Origin: Rhizobium sp. Q54
GTDB lineage: Bacteria; Pseudomonadota; Alphaproteobacteria; Rhizobiales; Xanthobacteraceae
Direction: 5' to 3'
Length of the DNA: 64,000 nt
NCBI GenBank assembly: GCA_945861895.1
Contig: CAMAWF010000003.1
Location: forward strand, 32,798-96,797
Shown: piece by piece, positions 45,060 through 55,071 of the stretch
Layout: each line of letters begins with the position of its first letter
Position numbering within the stretch: the first letter of the stretch is position 1
The notes under the pieces: generated by a model
What the model was told of the DNA's origin: nothing
Database searches by the model: none
Seen by the model: the letters and a program-made list of their open reading frames with translations, nothing else
Translations under genes and position numbers: made by a program

Positions 45060-45100
45060 GTTTTTTGCAAAATTCCATTTTCCGCAACTATCTCAATCAC

Positions 45101-45808
45101 TTAATCCAATTCCACCACCAGCCCCTCGCGCAAGGTGACACGGCGGTCCATGCGGGCGGCGATGTCCATGTTGTGGGTTGCGACAATGGTGGCGAGACCC
45201 GACGCGCGCACCAATTGCGCCAGCGTCGAGAACACATGGTCCGCGGTGTGTGGATCGAGATTTCCGGTCGGCTCGTCGGCAAGCAGAATGCGCGGCGCAT
45301 TGGCGACCGCGCGCGCGATGGCGACGCGCTGCTGCTCGCCGCCGGAGAGTTCCGCCGGCCGGTGCATGAGCCGTTCGCGCAAACCGAGATAGCCCAACAG
45401 CTCGGCTGCGCGCTTGCGCGCCTCGGCACGGGTGAGGCCGTGGATCATCTGCGGCATCATCACATTTTCAAGCGCGGAAAATTCCGGCAGCAGATGATGC
45501 GCCTGATAGACAAAACCGATCTGGTTGCGCCGCGTCGCGGTGAGTTCCGCGTCCGGCAGGTTGGCGGTCGCCTTGCCGTCGATATAGACATCGCCGCTGT
45601 CGGGATGCTCCAGAAGTCCAGCCAGATGCAGCAGCGTCGATTTGCCGGCACCCGAGGGCGCCACCAGCGCCACCGATTGCCCGGCCCACACCGCAAGCTC
45701 CGCGCCCTTGAGGATGTAAAGCGTGGCGTCGCCCTGCTTGTAATGCCGCTCGACCGCATGCAGGAAAATGACGGGAATTTCCTCAGTCGCAGCGCGTGCG
45801 TCACTCAT
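45101..45808 (-). CDS. lolD: Lipoprotein-releasing ABC transporter ATPase LolD
   Basis: [22 protein letters not shown] and [10 protein letters not shown] motifs; downstream of lolC/E. Confidence 0.94.
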   Translation of the reverse strand: MSDARAATEEIPVIFLHAVERHYKQGDATLYILKGAELAVWAGQSVALVAPSGAGKSTLLHLAGLLEHPDSGDVYIDGKATANLPDAELTATRRNQIGFVYQAHHLLPEFSALENVMMPQMIHGLTRAEARKRAAELLGYLGLRERLMHRPAELSGGEQQRVAIARAVANAPRILLADEPTGNLDPHTADHVFSTLAQLVRASGLATIVATHNMDIAARMDRRVTLREGLVVELD

Positions 45809-47069
45809 AGCGCAGCGCCTCCACCGGATCGAGACGCGCCGCCCGCCATGAGGGATACAGCGTCGCCAGCAGCGAAAGCGTGAGCGCCATCACCACCACC
45901 GCGGTGGTCTCGCCCATGTCCATGTCGGCCGGCAGCTTGGAGAGGAAATAAAGTTCCGGCGAAAACAGTTCGGTGTTGGTGAGCCAGGAGAGGAATTGCC
46001 GGATCGACTCGATGTTGAGGCACACCACCACGCCGAACAGAAATCCCATCAGCGTTCCAACCCAGCCGATGGCCGCGCCGGTGATGAGAAACACCCGCAT
46101 GATGGCGCCCTGCGTGGCGCCCATCGTGCGCAAAATGCCGATGTCGCGGCCTTTGTCTTTCACCAGCATGGTGAGGCCGGAGACGATGTTGAGCGCGGCC
46201 ACCAGGATGATCAGCGTCAAGATCAGGAACATCACGTTGCGTTCGACCTGCAGCGCGTTGAAGAACGTCGCATTGCGCTGGCGCCAGTCGACCATGAAGA
46301 TCGGGCGGTTGGCGGCATCGGTCACCGGCTTGCGGAAATTCTGGATGCGGTCCGGCGTGCCGGTGTAGACCTCGATGGCGGTGACGTCGCCGGAGCGGTT
46401 GAAATAGGCCTGCGCTTCCTTCAGCGGCATGAACACGAAAGCGGCGTCGTATTCCGACATGCCGATTTCGAACACCGCGGCGATCTTGTAGATCTTGATG
46501 CGCGGCGTCGTTCCCATCGGCGTCACCGCGCCGCGCGGCGCCACCAGCGTGATGTTGTCGCCGGAACGCAGCGACAATTGGTCGGCCAGCCGCCGGCCGA
46601 TCGCCACGCCCTGCCCTTCGTCGAAACCTTCAAGCGAGCCTTGCTTGATGTTGTTGGCGATCGAGGGAAGCTTCATCAAATCCGCGAGCCGGATGCCGCG
46701 CACCAGCACGCCACCCGCATTGAACGGCGATGACGCCAGCGCCTGTCCCTCGACAATGGGTGCTGCAAGACGCACGCCGGCAACGCCGGAGATGCGCGCG
46801 GCCACCTCTTCCCAATCGGTCAGCGGTTTTTCCAGCGGCTGGATCAGCAGGTGCCCGTTAAGGCCCAAAATCTTGTCGAGCAGTTCCTTGCGGAAACCGT
46901 TCATCACCGCCATGACGATGATCAGCGTCGCAACGCCGAGCATGATGCCGAGAAAGGAAAACCCGGCGATGACCGAGATGAATCCTTCCTTGCGCCGCGC
47001 CCGCAGGTAGCGCAGCGACAGCATCCATTCGAACGGAGAGAAGGGCCGCGTCCCGGTGGGCTCGCTCAT
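45801..47069 (-). CDS. lolE: Lipoprotein-releasing ABC transporter permease LolC/E
   Basis: [33 protein letters not shown] and [19 protein letters not shown] motifs. Confidence 0.95.
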   Translation of the reverse strand: MSEPTGTRPFSPFEWMLSLRYLRARRKEGFISVIAGFSFLGIMLGVATLIIVMAVMNGFRKELLDKILGLNGHLLIQPLEKPLTDWEEVAARISGVAGVRLAAPIVEGQALASSPFNAGGVLVRGIRLADLMKLPSIANNIKQGSLEGFDEGQGVAIGRRLADQLSLRSGDNITLVAPRGAVTPMGTTPRIKIYKIAAVFEIGMSEYDAAFVFMPLKEAQAYFNRSGDVTAIEVYTGTPDRIQNFRKPVTDAANRPIFMVDWRQRNATFFNALQVERNVMFLILTLIILVAALNIVSGLTMLVKDKGRDIGILRTMGATQGAIMRVFLITGAAIGWVGTLMGFLFGVVVCLNIESIRQFLSWLTNTELFSPELYFLSKLPADMDMGETTAVVVMALTLSLLATLYPSWRAARLDPVEALRYE

Positions 47070-47160
47070 TTAGTTTTTGTTCCCGCGCGCCTGATTTTCA
47101 CACGATTCTGGCGGATTCAAGCCACTGCTGGCTCGCACAAAGCCGGAAAACGCACAGAAA

Positions 47161-48483
47161 TCATCGCGATAGGCGGTCGAGCGCGGCGGCCGGGCTCATC
47201 AACTCACGGCTGCCGTCGGCGCGCTTTTTGACCTCGACCTTGCCGTCGGCAAGGCCGCGCGGGCCGACCATCACCTGCCAGGGCACGCCGATGAGGTCGC
47301 TGGCGGCGAATTTGGCGCCCGCCCGCTCGTCGATGTCGTTGTAGAGCACCTCGACGCCCTTGGCACTCAGGTCGCGATAAAGCTGCTCGCAGGCGGCATC
47401 GGTCGCGGCATCGCCCTGCTTGAGATTGAGGATCGCCGCATGGAACGGCGCCACGGCCTCCGGCCAGATGATCCCAGCCTCGTCGTGCGAGGCCTCGATG
47501 ATGGCGGCGACCAGCCGGCTCGGACCGATGCCGTAGGAACCCATGTGAACCGGTTTCTCGCTGCCGTCGCCGGCGGCGACCACGGCTTTCATCGGTTCGG
47601 AATATTTGGTGCCGAAATAGAAAATATGTCCGACCTCGATGCCGCGCGCGGACACCTGCTTATCGGCGGGCAGCTTGGCGAAATTCGCCGCGTCATGCTT
47701 TTCCGAGGTGGCCGCGTAGAGCGACGTCCATTTGTCCACGATGCCTTGCAGGCCGGCGATGTTGTCGAAATTCACGTCCGCGCCCGGCACGGCGAAATCC
47801 AGATAATCCTTGTGGCAATAGACTTCGCTCTCGCCGGTGTCGGCGAGGATGATGAATTCGTGGCTCAGGTTGCCGCCGATGGGGCCTGACTCCGCGCGCA
47901 TCGGGATCGATTTTAATCCCAGCCGCGCGAAGGTGCGCAAATAGGCCACGAACATTTTGTTATAGGAGTGCACCGCGCCGGCCTGATCGCGGTCGAACGA
48001 ATAGGCATCCTTCATCAGGAATTCCCGCCCGCGCATCAGCCCGAAACGCGGGCGCACCTCGTCGCGGAATTTCCATTGGATGTGGTAGAGATTAAGCGGC
48101 AGGTCCTTGTAGGAGCGCACATAGGCACGAAAGATTTCCGTGATCATCTCTTCGTTGGTCGGCCCAAAGAGCATGTCGCGCTCATGCCGGTCCTTGATGC
48201 GCAGCATCTCCTTGCCATAAGCCTCGTAGCGGCCGCTCTCGCGCCACAGGTCGGCCGGCTGAATGGTCGGCATCAGCATTTCAATGGCGCCGGAACGGTT
48301 CTGCTCCTCGCGCACGATGGCGTTGATTTTTTGCAACACGCGCAAGCCGAGCGGCAGGAAGGCATAGATGCCGGCGGCCTCCTGCCGCATCATGCCGGCG
48401 CGCAGCATCAAGCGATGCGAAACGATCTCCGCTTCTTTGGGAGTTTCGCGCAAGATTGGCAGGAAGTAGCGGGACAGGCGCAT
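47161..48483 (-). CDS. proS: Proline--tRNA ligase (short alphaproteobacterial form, no INS editing domain)
   Basis: [28 protein letters not shown] and MGSYGIG motifs; 440 aa. Confidence 0.98.
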   Translation of the reverse strand: MRLSRYFLPILRETPKEAEIVSHRLMLRAGMMRQEAAGIYAFLPLGLRVLQKINAIVREEQNRSGAIEMLMPTIQPADLWRESGRYEAYGKEMLRIKDRHERDMLFGPTNEEMITEIFRAYVRSYKDLPLNLYHIQWKFRDEVRPRFGLMRGREFLMKDAYSFDRDQAGAVHSYNKMFVAYLRTFARLGLKSIPMRAESGPIGGNLSHEFIILADTGESEVYCHKDYLDFAVPGADVNFDNIAGLQGIVDKWTSLYAATSEKHDAANFAKLPADKQVSARGIEVGHIFYFGTKYSEPMKAVVAAGDGSEKPVHMGSYGIGPSRLVAAIIEASHDEAGIIWPEAVAPFHAAILNLKQGDAATDAACEQLYRDLSAKGVEVLYNDIDERAGAKFAASDLIGVPWQVMVGPRGLADGKVEVKKRADGSRELMSPAAALDRLSR

Positions 48484-48754
48484 GACGCTCGCTTGAGAAT
48501 CGGGATGTTACGGGCGTTGCTTGAGTGAAAGCGGATCGCCCGGCAAAACACAAGAGGCGCGGCCACAGTGCGGCGCGAACAAGTCAAACCGAAAATCGCG
48601 CGCTCAGACCCGTTTGTGATTGAACCTTAGGCAGCGGCATTGCCGGAACACTGGTGACAGCCGGTATCCAATCGGCTAGCGTGTCTTGCCGCGTGAAGGG
48701 CTTCCGGCGCAGAACCGGCACCTGAGCGTGCGGATCAAGTCTTGCGGTTCAAGT

Positions 48755-48873
48755 CTTGGGAGGCAACAAGTCCAAAGGCGCGAAATACGCAGCCACCCTG
48801 TAGACAACAAATAATAACGACAGGGACAGTGACTTGATTTTCGACGAGCAGGGCTTCGGCCCTGCCTTTTTTT
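48755..48873 (+). ncRNA. Candidate trans-encoded sRNA between proS and DUF1467 (possibly alpha-r9 family by synteny)
   Basis: Lies in a 388-bp intergenic gap, antisense to both neighbours. CAAGTC (48767-72)/GACTTG (48831-36) outer stem, CCCTGT/ACAGGG stem with an A-rich loop, and an intrinsic terminator in + orientation. The 5' end is a guess. Confidence 0.6.
48848..48873 (+). terminator. Rho-independent terminator
   Basis: GCAGGGC-TTCG-GCCCTGC-C-T7: a 7-bp GC stem, cUUCGg tetraloop and U tract only on the + strand. Confidence 0.88.
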
Positions 48874-49141
48874 AGCGCAGCACGCCCAATAGCCCCGCAA
48901 GATCGTCGAGCGTGATAAGCTGGCGCGTATAGACGACGTAGCATCCCGCAAAAATCACGCTGGCGACAATCGTCGTCCATAGCAATTTCATGGCCACGCG
49001 CGGGATTGCCGGCGCGCCCGGATCGGTGCCTGGCGCAAACTCGCCGCTTTCCTGCTGGCTGCGCACGCCCCAGGGCAGCACGGCGAACAGCGTGACCCAC
49101 CAGATCAGAAAATAAATCGCGATGGCGGTGGTGGTCTGCAC
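48872..49141 (-). CDS. DUF1467-family small membrane protein
   Basis: AIYFLIWWVTLFAVLPWGVRSQ...PGTDPGAP motif; GGAG RBS before GTG 49141; usual position after mce. Confidence 0.88.
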   Translation of the reverse strand: MQTTTAIAIYFLIWWVTLFAVLPWGVRSQQESGEFAPGTDPGAPAIPRVAMKLLWTTIVASVIFAGCYVVYTRQLITLDDLAGLLGVLR

Positions 49142-49151
49142 GTCATCTCCT

Positions 49152-49200
49152 GCGCATGGTCTTATCCGAAAATCGGCACCCACTTTTCGGGACCATGCGC
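49152..49200 (-). repeat. Palindromic intergenic repeat, copy 2 (between mce and DUF1467)
   Basis: Minus strand GCGCATGGTC-CCGAAAAGTGGGTGCCGATTTTCGGATAA-GACCATGCGC; it begins on the G of the mce TAG stop. Confidence 0.88.
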
Positions 49201-49604
49201 TATGCCTGTTCCAATTCGACCAGCGTGCCGCAGAAATCCTTGGGGTGAAGAAACAGCACCGGCTTGCCGTGCGCGCCGATTTTCGGCTCGCCGTCGCCAA
49301 GCACCCGCGCGCCGGCGGCTTTAAGCTGGTCGCGCGCCGCGCGAATGTCGGCGACTTCGTAGCAGACGTGGTGAATTCCGCCGTCCGGATTGCGCTCGAG
49401 GAATTTCGCGATCGGCGAATCCGCCCCCAGCGGCTCCAGCAGTTCGATCTTGGTATTCGGCAGCGTGATGAACACGGTAGAGACGCCGTGTTCGGGCTGC
49501 GGCACGGTTGCGGAAATCTGCGCGCCGAGCGTGTCGCGGTAGACCTCCGCGGCTTTGGCGATATCGCGCACGGCAATGGCTACGTGATTGAGCCGTCCGA
49601 TCAT
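49200..49604 (-). CDS. mce: Methylmalonyl-CoA epimerase
   Basis: MIGRLNHVAIAV, KIELLEP, GGIHHVCYEV and GAHGKPVLFLHPKD motifs. Start ATG 49604. Confidence 0.96.
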   Translation of the reverse strand: MIGRLNHVAIAVRDIAKAAEVYRDTLGAQISATVPQPEHGVSTVFITLPNTKIELLEPLGADSPIAKFLERNPDGGIHHVCYEVADIRAARDQLKAAGARVLGDGEPKIGAHGKPVLFLHPKDFCGTLVELEQA

Positions 49605-49611
49605 GCCGCCG

Positions 49612-51282
49612 TTATACCGCAAGAACGTGCACGTGGCACACGGGCTTCTTGCTCCAGCGCCCGGCGATGGCCGCGCGCACGGCCCGCCGCACCGCCTCGG
49701 CGACCGCGTCAGGATCGCGGCGGCGGCCGCGCGGCATCGACTCGAAACTATCGACCGCGGCGTCGTAGGCGATGTCGAGGATCGATGCCCCGTCGGCGTC
49801 CTTCTCCGGTATGCCGACCATGTCGATTTCCGGATCGGAGGCGAGTTCGCCTTTGTCGGTGAGCGCAAGCGCGACCGAGACGATGCCGGCAAAGCCAAGC
49901 CGCCTGCGGTCGGCGACCGTGCGCGCCTCGGATTCGACGATCAGCCTGCCGTCCTTGTAGAGCCGCCCGGCCGGAATCTCGTCGATGACGCCCGCGCCGC
50001 CGGGCGCGAGGCGAACCAGATCGCCGTTGCGGCATACGACGACCTGTTTGACGCCGACGCGCCGCGCCAGCGCCGCATGTTCCGACAAATGCAGCGCCTC
50101 GCCATGCACCGGGATCAATATGCGCGGGCGCACCCAGCGGATCAGGTCTTCCATCTCGTCCAGGCGCGGATGGCCCGAGACATGCACCAGATGGGTGCGA
50201 TCGGTGATGACTTCGATGCCCTGGTCGATGAGACCGTTGAGCACCCGCCCGATCGCCTTTTCATTGCCCGGGATGGTGCGCGCGGAAAAAATCACCAGGT
50301 CGCCCTTTGCCAGCGTGACCTCGGGATGCTCGTCCGAGGCAATGCGCGAAAGCGCCGCGCGCGGCTCGCCCTGGCTGCCGGTGCAAAGTGCAACCACTTT
50401 CTCCGGCGGCAGATAACCATAGGCCTCGACGCTGCGGAATTCCTGCACGCCGTCGAGATAGCCGGTCTCGCGCGCGACTTGCGCAACGCGCTCCATGGCG
50501 CGGCCGACCAGCACGACCTCGCGGCCGGCGGCGCGCGCGGCATCGGCGACCGCCCGCAGCCGCGCCACGTTGGAGGCAAAGGTGGTGACCGCGACGCGTC
50601 CGCGCGCGGATTTAACGAGTTCGGCAATCGTCTTGGCGACATCGGCTTCCGACGGCGAGCGCCCTTCGCGCACAGCGTTTGTGGAATCGCCGATCAGCGC
50701 CAGGCAGCCTTCCTCGCCGAGCGCCTTGAGCTTGGCTTCATCGGTGGGGGGGCCGAGAATCGGGGTCGGATCGAGTTTCCAGTCGCCGGTATGCAATACC
50801 GCGCCGGCCGGCGTGCGGATAATCAGCGAATTCGATTCCGGGATCGAATGCGCAACCGAAACAAATTCGACATCGAAGGCCCCGATCGTCAGGCGTCCGC
50901 CGAGCGGAACGATCTTCACCGGTATGACCGGCGCGCCCGGCTCGCTCGCGCGCTTGGCCTCCAGCAGCGCGGCGGTGAACGGCGTCGCATAGACCGGCAC
51001 CTTGAGGCGCGGCCACAAATCGATCAGCGCGCCGAAATGATCCTCATGCGCATGGGTGAGTACGATGCCGGCCAGATTTTTCCGTTCCGAAACCAGATAG
51101 CGGATGTCCGGAAAAACCAGATCGATGCCCGGCAGATCGTCGCCGGCAAACGAGACGCCGAAATCGACCACCAGCCAGCTTCGGCGGCGTTCGTCGCCGA
51201 CGCCATAGATCGCCAGATTCATGCCGATCTCGCCGACGCCGCCGAGCGGCGCAAACACCAGTTCGCTGCCTGTCTGTGCCAT
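49612..51282 (-). CDS. rnj: Ribonuclease J
   Basis: PLGGVGEIGMN, THAHEDH, HTGDWK, CTGSQGEP and HVSGHP motifs. Confidence 0.97.
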   Translation of the reverse strand: MAQTGSELVFAPLGGVGEIGMNLAIYGVGDERRRSWLVVDFGVSFAGDDLPGIDLVFPDIRYLVSERKNLAGIVLTHAHEDHFGALIDLWPRLKVPVYATPFTAALLEAKRASEPGAPVIPVKIVPLGGRLTIGAFDVEFVSVAHSIPESNSLIIRTPAGAVLHTGDWKLDPTPILGPPTDEAKLKALGEEGCLALIGDSTNAVREGRSPSEADVAKTIAELVKSARGRVAVTTFASNVARLRAVADAARAAGREVVLVGRAMERVAQVARETGYLDGVQEFRSVEAYGYLPPEKVVALCTGSQGEPRAALSRIASDEHPEVTLAKGDLVIFSARTIPGNEKAIGRVLNGLIDQGIEVITDRTHLVHVSGHPRLDEMEDLIRWVRPRILIPVHGEALHLSEHAALARRVGVKQVVVCRNGDLVRLAPGGAGVIDEIPAGRLYKDGRLIVESEARTVADRRRLGFAGIVSVALALTDKGELASDPEIDMVGIPEKDADGASILDIAYDAAVDSFESMPRGRRRDPDAVAEAVRRAVRAAIAGRWSKKPVCHVHVLAV

Positions 51283-51285
51283 CTC

Positions 51286-52050
51286 CTAGCGTCCTGCGCC
51301 AAGCGCGAAGACTTCGCCGGCCGCAATCGTTTCCATCGCGCCGCCCGGCAGCTGCAGCAGCAGCCGCCCGGCCGCGTCGAGCCCGTGAAAACGCCCATCG
51401 ACCTCGCGGCCGGCCACCCGCACCTGAATGGCTTCGCCGAGACCGGCGGCACGCGCGAGCCAGTCGGCGCGGATCGCGGCAAAGCCAGCGCCACGCGCCC
51501 ATTGCTCCAGCCGCAGCGACATCGCAACCGTGAGCGCGGCAAACAGCGCATCGGGACCGATGGCGGCGCCCGCTGCCGCCAGATCGGTCGCCGGAAAAAC
51601 CACAGCGCGCGGATGGTTTACGCAATTGACGCCAATGCCGATGGCGGCTGCAAGCGCAAGCGTGCCATCGCCTTCAATCAGGGTGCCGGAAAATTTCGCC
51701 CCATCGAGCAAGAGATCGTTCGGCCATTTGACCCTGAGCATCGCGCCGAGCTGCGGCGCAAGTTCCACCACCGCATCGTGGACCGCCAATGCCGCGACGA
51801 AAGACAATTCCGGCGCGCGCTCCGGCGCACATGGATCGGTCAGCAGCAATGTGGCGTAGAGATTTCCAGGCTGCGACACCCATGCGCTGCCGCGCCGGCC
51901 GCGGCCCGCGCTCTGCGTGCGCGCGGTAATCCACAGCGGGCCCCGTTCGCCGGTGCGCGCCAGCGCCAGCGCCGCTTCGTTGGTCGAGCCGACCGTTTCG
52001 CGAGCGATATGCGATATGCCCGACGCGGCCGTCTTGGTGTCAAGCTGCAT
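51286..52050 (-). CDS. birA: Biotin--[acetyl-CoA carboxylase] ligase (no HTH domain)
   Basis: GSTN, QSAGRGRRG, KWPND and GIGVN motifs. Confidence 0.96.
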   Translation of the reverse strand: MQLDTKTAASGISHIARETVGSTNEAALALARTGERGPLWITARTQSAGRGRRGSAWVSQPGNLYATLLLTDPCAPERAPELSFVAALAVHDAVVELAPQLGAMLRVKWPNDLLLDGAKFSGTLIEGDGTLALAAAIGIGVNCVNHPRAVVFPATDLAAAGAAIGPDALFAALTVAMSLRLEQWARGAGFAAIRADWLARAAGLGEAIQVRVAGREVDGRFHGLDAAGRLLLQLPGGAMETIAAGEVFALGAGR

Positions 52051-52053
52051 CGG

Positions 52054-53499
52054 CTAGAACAACGATTTCGCCGCGGCGGTCGCCGCATCGAGCAGCGGTC
52101 CGGGATAGACAAAAAACAGCATATTGGCCAGTCCCGCCACGCCCAGCACCCATTTCAACGACGGCGCCATGCGCGCAAAACCTTTCGCCGGTTCGTCGAA
52201 ATACATGATCTTGACGATCAGCAGATAATAATAGGCGCCCACCACGCTGGTGACGACGCCGATCACGGCGAGCGCAAACAATCCGGATTTGATGGCGGCA
52301 AGAAAGACGTAAAACTTCGCGAAGAACCCGGCGAGCGGCGGAATGCCCGCAAGCGAGAACAGCAGCATCGCCAGGAAGAACGCCATGCCGGGACTGCTGC
52401 GCGCAAGCCCGGCGAGATCGTAGATGTCTTCCACCGCGCCGTCGTCGCGCCGCATCGCCAGGATCACGGCGAAGGCGCCGAGCGTCATCGCCACATAGAT
52501 CGCCATGTAGATCAGCACGCCCTGCACGCCTTCCGGCGAACCGGCGGCCAAGCCCACCAGCGCAAAGCCCATGTGCCCGATGGAGGAATACGCCATCAGC
52601 CGTTTGATGTTGCGCTGGCCGATGGCCGCGAACGCGCCGAGCGCCATCGAGGCAATGGCGACGAAGACCACGATCTGTTGCCATTGGTGGGTCATGTTGG
52701 GAAACGCGACCATGGTCGTGCGCACGAAAATGGCGATGCCTGCGACCTTGGGGGCCGCCGCAAAAAACGCGGTCACCGGCGTCGGCGCGCCTTCGTAGAC
52801 GTCCGGCGTCCACATGTGGAACGGCACCGCCGAAATCTTGAAGCAGAAGCCCGCGAACAAAAATACTAGCCCGAACACAAGTCCGATGCCGGCGTTCCCA
52901 GTCCCTTGCCCCGCCGCTTTGGCGATGCCGGCAAAGCTCACCGTGCCGGTGAACCCGTAAATCAGCGAGGCGCCATAGAGCAACATGCCCGACGACAGCG
53001 CGCCGAGGACGAAATATTTCAGCCCCGCCTCGGTTGAGCGCACCTGGTCGCGGTTCGACGCCGCCAGCACATAAAGCGCAAGGCTCATCAGTTCAAGCCC
53101 GAGATAGAGCGCGATCAGATCGGCGGCCGAAATCAGCATCAGCATGCCGGTCGTCGACAGCAAAATAAGAATGGCGTATTCGAACTTCTGCTGTTTCTCG
53201 GCGCGAAGATAATCCAGCGACAAGATGATGGCCGCCGCGGAGCCGAGCAAAGTCAGAATTTTAAGGTAGCGGGCAAAGGCGTCGACCACGAAACTTCCGC
53301 CAAAGGCGACGAGTTTTCCGGGGGGAAGTTCAATCACCATCACGCCCACTACCGCCAAGAGCACGATCGAAAGTAGATTGATACTCGATGCGCTGCGCTC
53401 GCCGCGGAACGCCCCGAACAGCAGCAGCAGCATGGCGCCGCAGGCCAGCGTGATTTCCGGCAAGGCTGGCAGCAGCGCGACGATTTGCGGATCGTTCAT
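52054..53499 (-). CDS. nuoN: NADH-quinone oxidoreductase subunit N
   Basis: EAGLKYF, FKISAVPFHMWTPDVYEGAP and KRLMAYSSIGH motifs. Confidence 0.98.
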   Translation of the reverse strand: MNDPQIVALLPALPEITLACGAMLLLLFGAFRGERSASSINLLSIVLLAVVGVMVIELPPGKLVAFGGSFVVDAFARYLKILTLLGSAAAIILSLDYLRAEKQQKFEYAILILLSTTGMLMLISAADLIALYLGLELMSLALYVLAASNRDQVRSTEAGLKYFVLGALSSGMLLYGASLIYGFTGTVSFAGIAKAAGQGTGNAGIGLVFGLVFLFAGFCFKISAVPFHMWTPDVYEGAPTPVTAFFAAAPKVAGIAIFVRTTMVAFPNMTHQWQQIVVFVAIASMALGAFAAIGQRNIKRLMAYSSIGHMGFALVGLAAGSPEGVQGVLIYMAIYVAMTLGAFAVILAMRRDDGAVEDIYDLAGLARSSPGMAFFLAMLLFSLAGIPPLAGFFAKFYVFLAAIKSGLFALAVIGVVTSVVGAYYYLLIVKIMYFDEPAKGFARMAPSLKWVLGVAGLANMLFFVYPGPLLDAATAAAKSLF

Positions 53500-53506
53500 G
53501 CGACCC

Positions 53507-55012
53507 TCACTGCGCCATCACGGCGGCGAGCTTCGCCGCCTTGAGCGCCGCCCCGTAGTTTTCCAGCAATTGGGCTACCGATGCCGCCGAGATGTCGAGC
53601 ACGGGCTTGGGCGCAATGCCGAGCAGGATGGTCAGAATAACGAGCGGCGCGAATATCAGAATTTCGCGATAGCCGAGATCCTTGATGCCGGCGAGGTTCG
53701 GCTTGTCCAGCGTGCCGAACACGATCTTGCGGTAGAGCCACAGCGCATAGGCCGCCGAGAGAATGACGCCGACGGTGGCCAGCGTGCCGACCCAGACATT
53801 CACCTTGAAGGTGCCGATCAGCGTCAAAAATTCGCCGACAAATCCAGAGGTGCCGGGCAATCCCACATTGGCGAGCGTGAACACCATGAACACCGACGCG
53901 TAAAGCGGCATGCGGTTGACCAGTCCACCATAGGCGGCGATTTCGCGGGTATGAATGCGGTCATAGACGACGCCGACGCAGAGGAACAGCGCGCCCGACA
54001 CGATGCCGTGGGAAATCATCTGGAAAATACCGCCGGCGACGCCCTGCGAAGTCGCCGCGAAAATGCCCATGGTGACGAAGCCCATATGCGCCACCGACGA
54101 ATAGGCGATCAGCTTTTTGATGTCCTCCTGCATCAACGCGACCAATGACGTGTAGATGATCGCGACGACGGAGAGCGTGAAGATCAGCGGCGCAAAATCA
54201 TACGATGCGGCCGGGAACATCGGCAACGAAAACCGCAAGAACCCGTAGCCGCCCATTTTCAGCAGGATCGCGGCGAGGATGACCGAGCCCGCGGTCGGCG
54301 CCTCGACGTGTGCGTCCGGCAGCCAGGTGTGCACCGGCCACATCGGCATTTTCACCGCAAAGGAGGCAAAGAATGCCAGCCACGCCCATTTCTGCAGGCC
54401 GAGCGGGAACCCATGACGCATCAGCGCCGGGATGTCGGTGGTGCCGGCCTCCCAATACATCGCCATGATGGCCAACAACATGAGCACCGAGCCGAGCAGC
54501 GTGTAGAGAAAGAACTTGAAGCTGGCATAGACCCGGCGCGGGCCGCCCCACACCCCGATGATGAGGAACATCGGGATCAAGCCACCCTCGAAGAACAGAT
54601 AGAACAGCACCAGATCGAGCGCCGCGAAGGTGCCGACCATCAGCGTTTCGAGCACCAGAAACGCGATCATGTATTCCCGCACGCGGGTCTGGATCGCGCT
54701 CCAGCTCGCGATGATGCAGATCGGCATCAAGCCGGTGGTGAGAATGACGAACGGCAACGAAATGCCGTCGACGCCCATGTGGTACGCAGAGACGCCGAGC
54801 CAGCGGTGCTTTTCGACGAACTGGAATTCGGCGGAACTGGCGTCGAAGCGCCAGACCATGACCAGCGAGATGGCGAAGGTCACCAGCGTCGACCACAGCG
54901 CCACCCAGCGCGCCGTGTTCTTGGCAAAGCGGTCGTCGCCATGCACCAGCATGAGGAACAGCGCGCCGACCAGCGGCAAAAATGTCGTGACGGAGAGAAT
55001 TGGCCAGTTCAT
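53507..55012 (-). CDS. nuoM: NADH-quinone oxidoreductase subunit M
   Basis: [20 protein letters not shown] and [13 protein letters not shown] motifs. Confidence 0.98.
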   Translation of the reverse strand: MNWPILSVTTFLPLVGALFLMLVHGDDRFAKNTARWVALWSTLVTFAISLVMVWRFDASSAEFQFVEKHRWLGVSAYHMGVDGISLPFVILTTGLMPICIIASWSAIQTRVREYMIAFLVLETLMVGTFAALDLVLFYLFFEGGLIPMFLIIGVWGGPRRVYASFKFFLYTLLGSVLMLLAIMAMYWEAGTTDIPALMRHGFPLGLQKWAWLAFFASFAVKMPMWPVHTWLPDAHVEAPTAGSVILAAILLKMGGYGFLRFSLPMFPAASYDFAPLIFTLSVVAIIYTSLVALMQEDIKKLIAYSSVAHMGFVTMGIFAATSQGVAGGIFQMISHGIVSGALFLCVGVVYDRIHTREIAAYGGLVNRMPLYASVFMVFTLANVGLPGTSGFVGEFLTLIGTFKVNVWVGTLATVGVILSAAYALWLYRKIVFGTLDKPNLAGIKDLGYREILIFAPLVILTILLGIAPKPVLDISAASVAQLLENYGAALKAAKLAAVMAQ

Positions 55013-55024
55013 GGCTTCACCTCC

Positions 55025-55071
55025 GCCATGACCTTGTCCGAAAACCGGTGTCCACTTTTCGGGATCATGGC
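55025..55071 (-). repeat. Palindromic intergenic repeat, copy 3 (between nuoL and nuoM)
   Basis: Minus strand GCCATGATC-CCGAAAAGTGGACACCGGTTTTCGGACAA-GGTCATGGC; it begins on the G of the nuoL TAG stop. Confidence 0.88.

Noticed and set aside
48716-48731. Sigma54-like CGGCAC...TGC upstream of the candidate sRNA
   Set aside because: The GG-to-GC spacing is 11 nt rather than the strict 10 nt.
49588-52869. 1093-aa + strand ORF; likewise 8017-10359 (-), 41868-43973 (+), 61383-63518 (+) and many other long overlapping ORFs
   Set aside because: These are antisense or shadow frames of well-recognised housekeeping genes in high-GC DNA, with no recognisable motifs.
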